Assembly (NCBI RefSeq): GCF_006345805.1
Contig: NC_043000.1
Coordinates: 54,870,001-54,934,000 of the forward strand
DNA from: Octopus sinensis
Lineage: Eukaryota
Reading direction: 5' to 3'
DNA length: 64,000 nucleotides
This document shows, one piece after another, positions 28,409 to 40,684 of the stretch. The first letter of the stretch is position 1. Each line of letters opens with the position of its first letter. Both the position numbers and the translations under genes were made by a program. A model generated the notes under the pieces. The model saw nothing but the letters and a program-made list of their open reading frames with translations, did not search any database and was not told where the DNA came from.

Positions 28409-31249
28409 CATGCATATATATGTGTGGTATTCTGACGTTAAAAGATTACTGAAGCTAGACATTAATAAAATTCCGAAATTGAAATTTAGAGAGCACATTA
28501 AATTTATTAGTTTTATCCATATTACAAATATATTTTATCCATGAATCTTTAAATTCAATTACATTTAGACTATGAATGTTCAGCTACAAATAAATTACAG
28601 TTCCATGTTTTATATTTTTTTAGTAAGTCGATTTTATAACGCGTAGCATTAGGTGTTTAAAATGCTTAGGAAGTATTCAATTAACAACAACGTAATAATA
28701 TTCATGTACGTTTTATTTTTTAATGATATAAAATATTTAATATGCGTTGCAGGTTTTAGCAACTTGAAATTAGAAGGCGGTGAAATGTAAAAACTGATAC
28801 GAGTCATAATGCTTATTGCTTACGTAATAATGCTCATAACGTAACACTTTCACTTACTCTCCGAGCACAGTAATTTCTCCCATGACACATTTTCAGAAAA
28901 CCTAGGACTGCTTGACATGCGTGAATTTCTTAAAAGTAAACAACTTGTATGCGAAAACAGAAAACTGAGATGAAAGAAACGTCACTGTAATGTTAACGAT
29001 TGGAGAGCCACTACGTTTTTGTGTAACCTGCTACGAATGTTAGACAATTTGCCCTTGAATAAGCACACTGTCATTTTAAGAAAGGCATAGAGAGATGGAA
29101 TAATGGCGAAATATTACTGACAGAAAATTGCCCTCTTAAACTAGGTGGTGGACAAGATTGAAACGTCCTTCAGGATATGTCCGGTGCATCAGGCTTGACC
29201 TCTGAGTAAAAAACAGTAGCTATGTTAGTAAAACACATATTGATATGGAAACGTGTAGGCGGTGGTTAGAAGTACTCGAATCTCTCATAGATTACATCTT
29301 GCGTTATATAAATGACAGACTATGATTATATATTAACGATCTAAATATTCTGCCTTAGAAAAGAAGATAGGATTTTCATAACTTGAACGTTTTTTACTTT
29401 ATATTTAATCAAAAGGCTCCAGGACAGACTGCAAAGAAACAAAAAATCTCAAATTTTATAAATTAACAATGGTACTACCAACATGAGGAAATATTAATCC
29501 GTCGTTGCTACAAAGCTTTTCTATTTTTTTCACACTCTTAAAGTAATAGGAAATGATACAGATATAAAGTTCCCGTTTAGAAAACAATCCTATTTTCACA
29601 GATTCTGTTTTCGAGGGAAACTGCTATATGACTAGAGTGCTGATGATCATATGACGGGTAATTTTAGAGACATATTTTTGCTACATCAGATAATGTCAGT
29701 AAATATAGCATACTCACATTTATTACGACTTGCTTTTTATCATTTTTTGAATGCTTATATATAATGATGAAATGAATATTAATTTTCAAAACAGAAAACA
29801 TTTTCCTGAAAATAAATTTAAATAACATTTGTTATTGGTGTAGCTTCTTCTATAACTACCTCCTCATTCTCTCTCTATCCTTCTATGATTGTTTCATTCT
29901 CCCTGCATGTGTAGCGTTTTTTTTTTTACTCTTTGCCTCGTACATGCATGCATCCTGTACCTCTCATGTTAATTCCCTCAATCGTTCTTTTTTTTTTCAG
30001 TCTCACCCCATTTCACTATACGATGAAAAGCGTGACTGTGAATCAACCAACAATCTAACCAACGTTAATATCGGTTATTATTATCTATTTTATTAAGATG
30101 CTTACAATAGTTTCCTGTGGTGTAAAATATTTCTCACGCTGTGGAAAGATTATATAGGAATAATTTGCAAAAGTATGGAAGAGAGAAAGAGACACGGGGG
30201 GGAAGGGAAATTCAGACGAATGCTACTTACATATATACACATACGTGCGCAAACACATACGAACGTTATTGACGCATGAGCATATACCCACTTGCACGAC
30301 GGTTTGATGTGTGTGTATGTGTATTAGTTTGTGTATGTGTGCCAGTACCTGTAGCGCTTGATTTACTTTCTATCTTTGTATTTACCCGACAATTTATTGC
30401 ATAGCTCTTAGAAGTTGTCATTGTCGTGACGATTGAACGTAGAGCTATCGATTCTACTGTCTATATATCAGTAACCGTGTTCTTAATAACTTCCTTCGTA
30501 AAACATATGTATGGGTATATTCTAGAGCTTTTTTAAATTTTTTCTATTTCCGAAAAACCGTTTAATCATTGTGTATGACAGCAAGAATTGAGTCGAGAGA
30601 TACAGAAAATATAGAGGAGCATATCTAAAAAAGGGACAAAGAAAATTAGAATGAGAAATAAAGACAGGAAAATCAAGAACAACGAGAAACATTAATGCTA
30701 GACAAAAAGAATGAAAGGAACGCGTGAAATTAAGCTAGAAAGTTTCAGATGACGAATGAGAAAGCGGAAACTAATGGGAAAGAATGAGAACTGTTAAGCG
30801 GTAAATAAGACAGAACATGAAAGATGATGATATTTTGCGCCTACCAGAAGAGAAAATATGACCTAAGTAAATAGACAAGTTTGCCCAGAAAGTATTATGA
30901 AAGAAATGATAGGATATTACAAACTAGGGAAGTGGTTACTGCTGGCTCTGTCCGCAACTTAGTCTGTACAATTTCTACGGGCACTGCTAGTATTAGATTG
31001 AATTGTTTAACGGTATAATTTTTTTTTATATTTTGCTCGTCTTTTTCTTTTTTTTTAATATGAACTTCATTTTAGAGATTAGTATATCTTGTTATCTTTT
31101 AAAAAGCAATCCGAAATTATCTATATTCCTTTATTTTTAGGAATATGTATTTATTAAACATACGCACAATTTGTTTAACTGACATTATTCTGTATATGTA
31201 TATACTCATTTATGCTTGTCTATGTTTATGTATCTGTGTGGGGGTACAT

Positions 31250-31605
31250 AGGGCAGCGGTTTCGCGGTCGTGGGATCGCGGTTTCGATTCCCAGACTGGG
31301 TGTTGTGAGTGTTTATTTAGCGAAAACACCTAAAGCCCCACGACGTTCCGTCGGTGTTGGGGGAACCCTGCTGTATTCTTTCATCCCAACTTACTTTCAC
31401 TCTTTCTTCCAGTTTCTGTGGTACCTGTATTCTAAAGGGCCAGCCTTGTCACACACCGTGTCACGCTGATACTCCCCTCGAACTACGTTAAAGATACACG
31501 TGTCTGTGGAGTGTTCAGCTACTCACACGTGAATTTCATGAGCAGGCTGTTCTATTCATGGGATCAACTGGACCCCTCGTCGTCGTAACCGACGGGGTGC
31601 CACGT
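31250..31605 (+). mobile_element. tRNA-derived SINE with a distinct 3' tail
   Basis: Head GGGCAGCGGTTTCGCGGTCGTGGGATCGCGGTTTCGATTCCCAGACTGGG is homologous to 27085. Tail ends CCCTCGTCGTCGTAACCGACGGGGTGCC. Confidence 0.72.
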
Positions 31606-33034
31606 TGTATGTGTAATTATATATATGAATGTGTGCGTATGTACACATATGATAAGAAAACTGACGACGGTTTGTTTTCTTACAACTCAAAGTACACTGT
31701 TGTTTTGTAACTGCCTAGCTAAGTGTTGTTAGAGCTGAGAGATCAATTCTCTGTTCAAGTAACATTGCTGTTGTTTTGACTGACCCATTTTGTTCATTGA
31801 GTTTATCTCGTTCCCGTTATCAAATGCTTCCATTTTAAAAATATATTATTAAAAAACCATTGCTGTAACTTACGTAACACAGAACACCTACAGAGAGCTC
31901 CAGGTCGCCTAAGATAGGGTGCAACAATTTGTGAAGATAACTCGTCTACAATGCCTGAAGAAAACAATTCAGCCCTACAGTCCGCAATGGCTATAGAAAA
32001 TCACTCAGCCCATACCACAACTTCTATGTTACTATCATTGGAATTACACCTCCGTGAGCCACATAGCTTGCACGTCTGCTGCTTTGAAAGCCGAAGACTA
32101 TCTTTATGGGCCATTGCCAAAATAATCACTGCCACACCTCCTTCCTTCCCTTCTCAAATATAGGAGGTCTATAATCTATGAACTGTTTGTTTTTCAATTG
32201 TAGAGGTTCATAATCAACGAACCAGATACGCTAAAGGCTAACTTCCTTTATCCTCAATCTATACGCACCTCTTCCACCCAAAGTACCCATATTCTTTCTC
32301 TCTCTTTCTCTCTCTCTCTCTCTCGCTCTCACACATTCTCTCTCCCCTCTCTTTTCCACTTTATCTAATAATCTATCAATCTATCTATCAACAAACATTT
32401 CTGTCTATATGTCTGTCTGTCTGTCTCGACCTTTCTCTCTACAGGATTATATACAAATATTTAGAAACACACTTCGGTTTTTCTCAGTCTTCAAAATAGC
32501 AAACCCATCGAATCTGCTGGCTATCGTCCCATCCCTTTCGGCATTTCAAGTTTACTACACGAAGCTATAACGAAAAGATGTTCTTCATCGATTATAGCTA
32601 GAAATTTTATAGTATTATTTAGTGGGTAGCCACTCTCCTATATAACACGTCAGGGGAATTTTGCTCTCCGGATATTTGGTGAAATCAAATTTGTTGCTCT
32701 CCTCATAGGCAAATTTTTGAGATGCCCGACTGGTAACTTCTCAGACAAAAATTGAACCCTATGGAATCCATCACACTTTCTATGTCCATGTTCGGTGTCT
32801 TCGCATTAATATATTGATCGGCTTTCTCCATTTCACACTCTACCAACTCTTAGACATATGATCAACACACTCTCTAAACTATTCTTCATTTACATCAACT
32901 ATATACTTATTGTCATTTACAACATCCACTGTTACAGAAATAGAACCTCTCACCATTCTGAATCCAAGCAACATCTCTATGCGTGTTTCTCTGAATGGGT
33001 ATGAGCGCGGATGTCTAATATATAAGATTTTGGA

Positions 33035-33433
33035 GGCGGCCAGCTGGCAGAAATGTTAGCACGTCGGGCGAAATGCGTAGCCGTATTTCGTCTGCCGTTA
33101 CGTTCTGAGTTCAAATTCCGCCGAGGTCGACTTTGCTTTTCATCTTTTCGGGGTCGATTAAATAAGTACAAGTTACGTACAAGGGTCGATGTAATCGACT
33201 TAATCCGTGTGTCTGTCCTTGTTTGTTCCCTCTGCGTTTAACCCCTTGTAGGGTAGTAAAGAAATAGGTATTTCGTCTCTCTTTAAGTTCTGAGTTGAAT
33301 TCCGCCGAGGTTGACTTCATCTTCCATCCTTTCCGGGTCGATAAATTAAGTACCAGTTGCGTACTGGGGTCGATCTAATTAACTAGCCCACTCCTCAAAA
33401 ATTTCGAGCCTTGTGCCTAGAGTAGAAAAGAAT
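33035..33433 (+). mobile_element. Tandem SINE dimer (full-length unit plus 5'-truncated unit with a different tail)
   Basis: Unit 1 33035-33266 ends GTAAAGAAATA. Unit 2 restarts at GGTATTTCGTC, repeats the central domain and ends CCTAGAGTAGAAAAGAATA. Confidence 0.85.
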
Positions 33434-33761
33434 ATATAAGATTTTAAATTTATCGTAGATAATATACTGCATACGTTTAAGAGGCTGTATGTAGTAAGTG
33501 TTGAGTATATGCTTACAAGTCCTTTCCTTCCTGTGTTATTTAGATCGACGGACGACACTGAATGACATTTTGAAACACACTTTATACTTGTAATAGTGAT
33601 TAAACATAATAAATCTGTAGTAACTCCACAAATAAGTATTATCGTACACACGATTTGAAACTACATACATAATTTGCGCACATTCATTGAAATTCTACAC
33701 CAATCACTTCGGCACTCCGGAAATATACACATACATACATACACACACACATATCTATCTG

Positions 33762-33798
<37 letters not shown>

Positions 33799-33895
33799 TT
33801 ATCTATCTATCTACCTATATATATATATACATACATGCATACAGACATACATGCATACAGACATACATGCATACATACATACATACATACATACA

Positions 33896-33931
<36 letters not shown>

Positions 33932-33963
33932 TATACACATACACACACACATATATATATATA

Positions 33964-34477
33964 TGAAGAGAAATGAAACCTTATTGGTTAAAGTTCGAAA
34001 TCATAGGAGAGGGGCTTATCAAATTACATCATTCAACGAGTTTTATCTCGCTGGAGAAAGATGTTGTTGCATCCCTCTTCCAAGTCCCATTGAACATATC
34101 AAGAAGTTATGGTTTTGAGTAGCTATTCGTGTTATATTTTTTAACTCTTATTTTCGGCAATTGTAGGTGCTATTTTGCAACTTTATTTAAGTATTCTACC
34201 TTTTTAGTTTTTAAATGCTTAACTACCTATATTACAACGTATTTCATATATCATAATATTAGTTTACCGTTATAATATCTTATTCTATGTTTATATACGC
34301 TCAAACGTCATTGAAGTTTGGCGCTCACTGTTCAACGGTTATTTTCCCTAATGAGCTAATGGGAAGTAACCTACCTCTTTAAACCGGAGTGATTCGTGAA
34401 ATACCCTGAAGAGAAACGAAACCTTATTGGTTACATTTCGAAATCATATGATGACAGCTTATCATTTACTTCATTCA
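33964..34477 (+). repeat. Two ~70-bp imperfect direct repeats 443 bp apart with hammerhead-like cores
   Basis: TGAAGAGAAATGAAACCTTATTGGTTAAAGTTCGAAATCATAGG (33964) vs CTGAAGAGAAACGAAACCTTATTGGTTACATTTCGAAATCATATG (34406). Similarity continues to ...TCATTCA. Confidence 0.7.
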
Positions 34478-34580
34478 GGTATAATATAGCCACTTGTATT
34501 ATAGCCACCTTTAATATAGCCATATGTATATTATAATGAATTTAATATGATATTAATTTATCGTTATATTTTATTGTATA

Positions 34581-34645
<65 letters not shown>

Positions 34646-34667
34646 GTGTGTGTTTGTGTGTGTATGG

Positions 34668-34813
34668 TGGGTTTCTTTCAGGTTCCGTCTACGAAATTCA
34701 TGCACAAGACGTTGGTCGATCAGAGACTATTGTAGAAGACATTTACTGAAAGCTACGCTCAGTCAGACTGAACGCGTGAACATATGGCTGGGAAGTTTCT
34801 GAGCCGCACAGTC
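34668..34813 (-). mobile_element. CORE-type SINE, 5' half, degraded
   Basis: Homologous to 63430-63593 (TTCAGGTTCCGTCTACGAAATTC...TTGGTCGATCAGAGACTATTGTAGAAGACA...GAGCCGCACAGTC). Confidence 0.6.
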
Positions 34814-36215
34814 AAATCTGTATCTGTAAATTACTTTATCTGACTTAGTAATGTTTAAGAAATAAACATAGATAATAAAGTGGTGTTCATTGGCAGAATC
34901 GTCAGAGTGTCGGAAGAAAAAAATTCCTTACGAACTTAATAAAGGTGTTTTATGCTCTGAATAGAACAGCGACGTCAGCTACTTTAACTGCTATCCCTTT
35001 TATTTTTTGTCGGCTAAATAATCACAAATAAGAAACTTAGATCGGCCCTTTTGCTACATACCTATTTATAAATCAGTATTTCAAAATCCAATTGCGAAAG
35101 GTATTAAAATATATTGCGATTAATTCATGTTATGTAATATATAATAAGTGAATATTACATCAATAAAGAGACATGCTTTCGGTGATGGCTATTTACAACA
35201 CCATAAAAATTACTTTCTCAAAAGGTAAAAAAGGGATTTTATAATCCTGCTACTTCAGACATTCATATTAATACGCAATTGCACATATGTATATATCTAT
35301 ATTTACATACATCCATGAATAGATACATAGATTCATACATGCAAACATATGCACATGTTTGTATGTATATATATATATATTACATCTATACATGTATACA
35401 TGTGTGTGTATACGGATGTATGAATATATGTATGGATATATCAATACGGAAGCTCAAAGGTGCAAATTACAAATATGCTTCTAGGTGGAAAAAAATCCCA
35501 TAGATTAACATTCAAAAAGCTTTTTATTTAGGCAATTAACTAAGTTGGAGGCAATGATTCACGGAGGGAATATATGGTCCAGAAGTTTCACTGCAATGTA
35601 TAGTACATTAATATAAGCATGAATCAGCCTCTCAAAGTATTTGTAAATATAACCTAAGTTTAATGCATATGAAGTCAAGCTTAAAATATAGTATCATCGA
35701 TTAACATATTACAGATATTGAAATGCGTGATACATTTGTTCAGACTTGAACAAATCAATATATGCATCATAACTGTAAGTTATTCAGAGATACATAGGAT
35801 AACTTCAAGTGATGAATATTGGTCGAAATATCGACTTTTAACAAGATAACAGTCAATAACGTGAAGCAAATATGATTCCATATTCTGATACTACACATTG
35901 CTCAGAAGTTAAAAATATGTAAGTGAACATGTGTAAGCGATATTTATACATATATGTCATATCTAACCATATACACACACACACACACATAAACACCCAC
36001 ATACACACATACATATTTATGCCTATATAAGTATACGCAGATATATTCTTACTAATTTATATGTCTAAATATGTGGCTAAGATATACGCATATACTCACA
36101 AACACAAGCCAACAGCACACACATAGTTTCATGTTTGTGTAAAACGCATATACAGATACGTACACAAGTAACTATGTAAATACACTCACACACATGCAAA
36201 TGTATATATGTATAT

Positions 36216-36248
<33 letters not shown>

Positions 36249-36394
36249 CACACATATACACGCATACTACATATGTTAGTTTATATGTTTGCTATTATTT
36301 ATTTTTTGGGGGCAATGGAGAAGCAGCTGGTTTCTAATCTATATCCAACGGCTATTCACTGAAACTTCAGTAACATTAGCAGGGTAGACCTAAT

Positions 36395-36413
36395 ACCTTT
36401 GTATGTGTGTATG

Positions 36414-36444
<31 letters not shown>

Positions 36445-36565
36445 TAGGTAGGTAGGTAAGCAGGTAGCTAGGTAGCTAGGTAGGTAGGTAGGTAGGTAGG
36501 TAGGTAGGTAGGTAGGTAGGTAGGTAGGTAGATATGTAGGTAGCCAGGTAGCTAGGTAGGCAGGC
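36395..36565. repeat. (GTAT)n and (GGTA)n tetranucleotide tracts
   Basis: Read directly. Confidence 0.9.
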
Positions 36566-36599
36566 AAGCAAGCGCTCACTCGTTTTTCCGCAAGTTCAC

Positions 36600-36960
36600 T
36601 CTCTGGTCTTTGTCAATCCATTATATAACTTAATTTTCATCACTCATGGAAATTACAGGAAGACATTACATTGCCAAAAGTTAACTACGGGGGATGAGAA
36701 ACTTTGCCTTTATTGTGAAGTTGAGCTATCACTACAGGCAATCCTTTGCTAATGACAAAAACTGTGAAAAACTCAGAACACCTCGCACATTCATCCATCG
36801 ATGTCCACAAGAAAGCAAGATTTGAATTCTCAGTTTCTATAAATTTGACAAACGCTCTGCTGAAATCCAAGTTTCCATTACGTCCAAGTGGATTTACAAC
36901 ACACAATGATGCAGTACACTGCATTTCCTAATTTGTAGTCACTATAGCTAAATTGTTGTT
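36600..36960 (-). mobile_element. Degraded CR1/L2-type reverse transcriptase fragment
   Basis: Minus-strand NLDFSRAFVK resembles LDFSKAFDKV, followed by frameshifted IDG and KVSHPP (cf. GIDG, VxSGVPQG). Confidence 0.38.
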
Positions 36961-37389
36961 GAGCCTATACTTAAATGGAGGTGGTTGTCAATTAGTGCTT
37001 ACTTTACTTTTCCTATTGATTTGTAGTAACTCACCTCTCTGTGCTAGCCAACTAAATCTGTCAGAATGTGCAGGATTATATATCACAAGAGACCCACACG
37101 TATATGCATATACGTATTAATATATATACATGTGTGTGTGTGTGAGTGTGAGTGCGTGTGTGCTTGTGTGTGTGTGTCTGTGTCTGTGTGTGCGTGCGTA
37201 TGTGCATGTAAATATATATACAAATATATATATAATGATATATATAGATATATACACCCACTAGCGCACACACACGCATATGTATATATTTATATATACA
37301 TATGCATATATATATATTTGTGTGTATATATATGTATATACATATGTATATATATGTATATATATTTGTACATACATATGTATATACAT

Positions 37390-37421
<32 letters not shown>

Positions 37422-37453
37422 TATATGTATGTATATATATATATATATATATG

Positions 37454-37522
<69 letters not shown>

Positions 37523-37526
<4 letters not shown>

Positions 37527-37885
37527 AGGTCACTTTCGAGTGCTACTGGTAACATGTAACCCAGTAACGGAGACATAGAGATAATCGGACTGAATACCCG
37601 TGAAGGACTCCTAGCCTTTGTTAGGGCATCCTTCTAGGAGATGGTAGCTCAAGTAACCGGAATAACTCCGACATATAACCTGCGGCTCAGTGGTTACCGG
37701 TGATGTTGACTTGTTCTTCTTTTCGGATTATGGCTGCTGTTGCTTAGTGAGTGGGATTGACTCAGTGCACAGCCTTTCCTCGCTTTAAAAAAAATCTTCT
37801 TGCACACGCATTGCACGATAACAACATTGATTAAGCTTCGTGCAATGGCCATACTCCATAACGAGGGGGCAGCCACCATATATGT
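37523..37885 (-). repeat. Unclassified interspersed repeat (possibly RTE-related SINE or LINE end)
   Basis: GC-richer 360-bp block between two (TA)n tracts. Minus strand starts GGTGGCTGCCCCCTCGTTATGG. No ORF motif. Confidence 0.4.
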
Positions 37886-37896
37886 ATATATGTGTG

Positions 37897-37929
<33 letters not shown>

Positions 37930-37988
37930 GTATGTATACACACACACACACAGAAACAAACAAACACACACTCTCACACACACTAACA

Positions 37989-38058
<70 letters not shown>

Positions 38059-39157
38059 ATACACTCTTGAGTAACCGATTTGCATTTCCATAGCTCGCAA
38101 CCCTTATTATTTATTATAACACCCCAGATGAGATTTTTCGCATCTATTTTCGCCCTTTCCATCATTTCCGATTCCATCTGCCAAATCCGGTAACAGGAGT
38201 TAAGTCAATAACTCCAGCGTCCCTTACAGTAGAAACTGAAGTGGAAGTCATGTGGCTGGAACCAAGCTCTTTGCCACATAGTCGGACGCACCCCTATAAA
38301 TATAATAACTGATAAATGCCAATGCGCCATTAAAGCACGATTCCTCATAATTTAGTTGTTTTAAATCATACAAATCAATTACATTAGAATCAACAATGAA
38401 TTACTTTGTCTAATTTTTATTTTTTAAATATCATTGATATATTAATATTACAATTTGAAATTGGTGAAAAAACACATTCAGAAATACAGTATTAATAAAA
38501 GTTTAGCTTTAATACGTTAATGGATTATAAGTTATTAGTTAAAAATTCTCTTATTTAAAAAATGTAAATTACCTATATATGTGTATATTTTAGCTACTCA
38601 ATAATATTGAAAGAAAAATATTCAATTAATATTTTAATTTCAGTTGAATAAATATTCCTACACATGACCTCAATGTTATGTGCCTACTTATTTGTTGGAG
38701 TGATTTTCATAAATACTATATTTGTACAAATTGTCAGACTGGAAATAATTTGTGCTTAATTTTAAATTGTTCTACTGAGTAGCTGTTACATTATGTGTTG
38801 TCCTGTGTATTATTAGTAAAGGAAATCTTTTCGTATAATAAATTTAATGCACATGTTATAACTCTTCTTTCTGGCAAAGACCAGTCGGTTTCCAACTTCT
38901 AAAATATACGCTTTGAATCTGAGTAGATTGGACTACTTTTAAACGATTAGCTATAATTCTTCGAGCTGCTACTTAAATTAGATGAATATTATGACCAAGC
39001 ATTTTTCTCATTCCGTGTAACGAATATTATTTATTTAAAACATGCATTAAAATAAATTAGTATGCGTGTGCGTGTATACTACACACGCGCACACGCGACC
39101 CACACACACACATACACACACACACACACACATATATATGTATATATATATATACTG

Positions 39158-39423
39158 TTTACTCTTTTACTTGTTTCAGTAATTTGACTGCGGCCATGCA
39201 AATCGATCCCAGGACATCTTCTATATAAACATAGTACTTATTTTATCGAGATATTTTGCCGAACCGCTAGATTACGGGGACGTAAACACACCAGTATCGC
39301 TTGTCAAGCGATGTTGGGGTGACAAACACAGACACATAAACATATAAACACACATACATGTATATATATACATATATACGGCGGGCTTCTTTTAGTTTCC
39401 GTCTACCAAATCTACTCACAACG

Positions 39424-39425
<2 letters not shown>
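39158..39425 (-). mobile_element. CORE-type SINE, 5'-truncated
   Basis: TTTACTCTTTTACTTGTTTCAG...GCCGAACCGCTAG..TTACGGGGACGTAAACACACCAG...GGCGGGCTTCTTTTAGTTTCCGTCTACCAAATC, homologous to 62887-63593. Confidence 0.8.
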
Positions 39426-39478
<53 letters not shown>

Positions 39479-39483
<5 letters not shown>

Positions 39484-40684
39484 GTTGGACAAAATAATGG
39501 AAACACCTTAAAATTTCAAACAAATTTATTTTATAAGAGATAAGATCGCGTTTGGCAGTAATTACAGCTTGAATTCAACGAGGTATGGACTCGTACAAAG
39601 TTTGAATTGTTTCCAAAGGAATTGTTGTTCATTCTTCAGCTAAAACAGTCTCCACTTCTTGTAGTGATGATGGTGGAATACATCCACTCCTTACTTGTTT
39701 TTCTAAAACACACCATAAATGTTCAATAATATTGAGATCTGGGGACTGTGATGGCTAGATAAAATGTTCAACATCACTAGAATGCTCCTTGTGCCATTCA
39801 ATAACCACTTTATCGGTGTGAATTGGTGAATTATCATCATGAAAGAGTGTGTTTCCCTCCGGAAAATGTTCCGAAAATGTAGGATGAATTTGGTCAGATA
39901 AAATGCTTAAATAATCTTGATTATTCATTCTGCCATAGAGAGAAACCATTGGGCCGGCGGATTTCCAAGATATAGCACACACACCCGCAGATTATCACAT
40001 ATCGTCCACCATGTTTAACAGTTGGAAGAAGGCAGTCTGGATCAATTGATTCCTAGGCTGTCTCCACACGTATACTCGGCCGGTAGTCGAAAATAATGTA
40101 AAGGATGACTCGTCCGAGAAAATAACATTCTTCCACTGCTCTAGGGATCAATTCTGTATGTTTTTACTCCACACTAAACGCTTTGCAGCGTTTTATTTTC
40201 AAAGTAGTACTTTTTTTATTGAAGCCCCCCCTCCCCGGCGAAATCGAGCTTTGTGCAGCTCCCGGTGAAGTGTTTTTGAGGAAACTGGGTTCTCGAAGTG
40301 GTAATTAATCATTGCAGTAATTTCGGGAGCTGTACTTTTGTGATCCTTTTTAGCAATTCACGGTCCCTATCTTAAAGTTTGGGTTTTCTTCCAGAGTCTT
40401 GTTTCGAAGAGGAGGTTTTCCCCTCTTTCGCAAAGGCTGTCATTACTTTCGAAACAGTACTTCTTGATACACCAAACATTAGGGCTGTTTTCGTTACGTT
40501 AGCGCCTGCCATACGAGCACCAACAATTTGACCTCGTTGAAGTCCGATTTTTTTATGATATCTGAAAAGAAACAGCAATTTTAGCAAAACACTTTAAAAT
40601 ATACAAGCTTTTCACAGTTTTGTAGGTATATCAAAATTATGATGCTATGATGCTAGGTGTTACCATTTTTTTGTCCAACTCCTG
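39479..40684 (-). mobile_element. Tc1-like transposon copy 2 (inactivated)
   Basis: TIRs GGGTTGGACAAAATAATGGAAACACC / GGTGTTACCATTTTTTTGTCCAACTCCTG followed by TA. Peptides LQRGQIVGARMAGANVTKTALMFGVSRSTVSKVM and FHDDNSPIH...SPDLNIIE. Colinear with 14792-15972. Confidence 0.92.

Noticed and set aside
30950-30991. Possible Helitron 3' end (...GGGCACTGCTAG|T)
   Set aside because: The hairpin is weak and no matching 5' TC terminus was found.
35806-35837. AAGTGATGAATATTGGTCGAAATATCGACTT, hammerhead-like
   Set aside because: The core C is missing and stem II cannot form. At best a decayed remnant.
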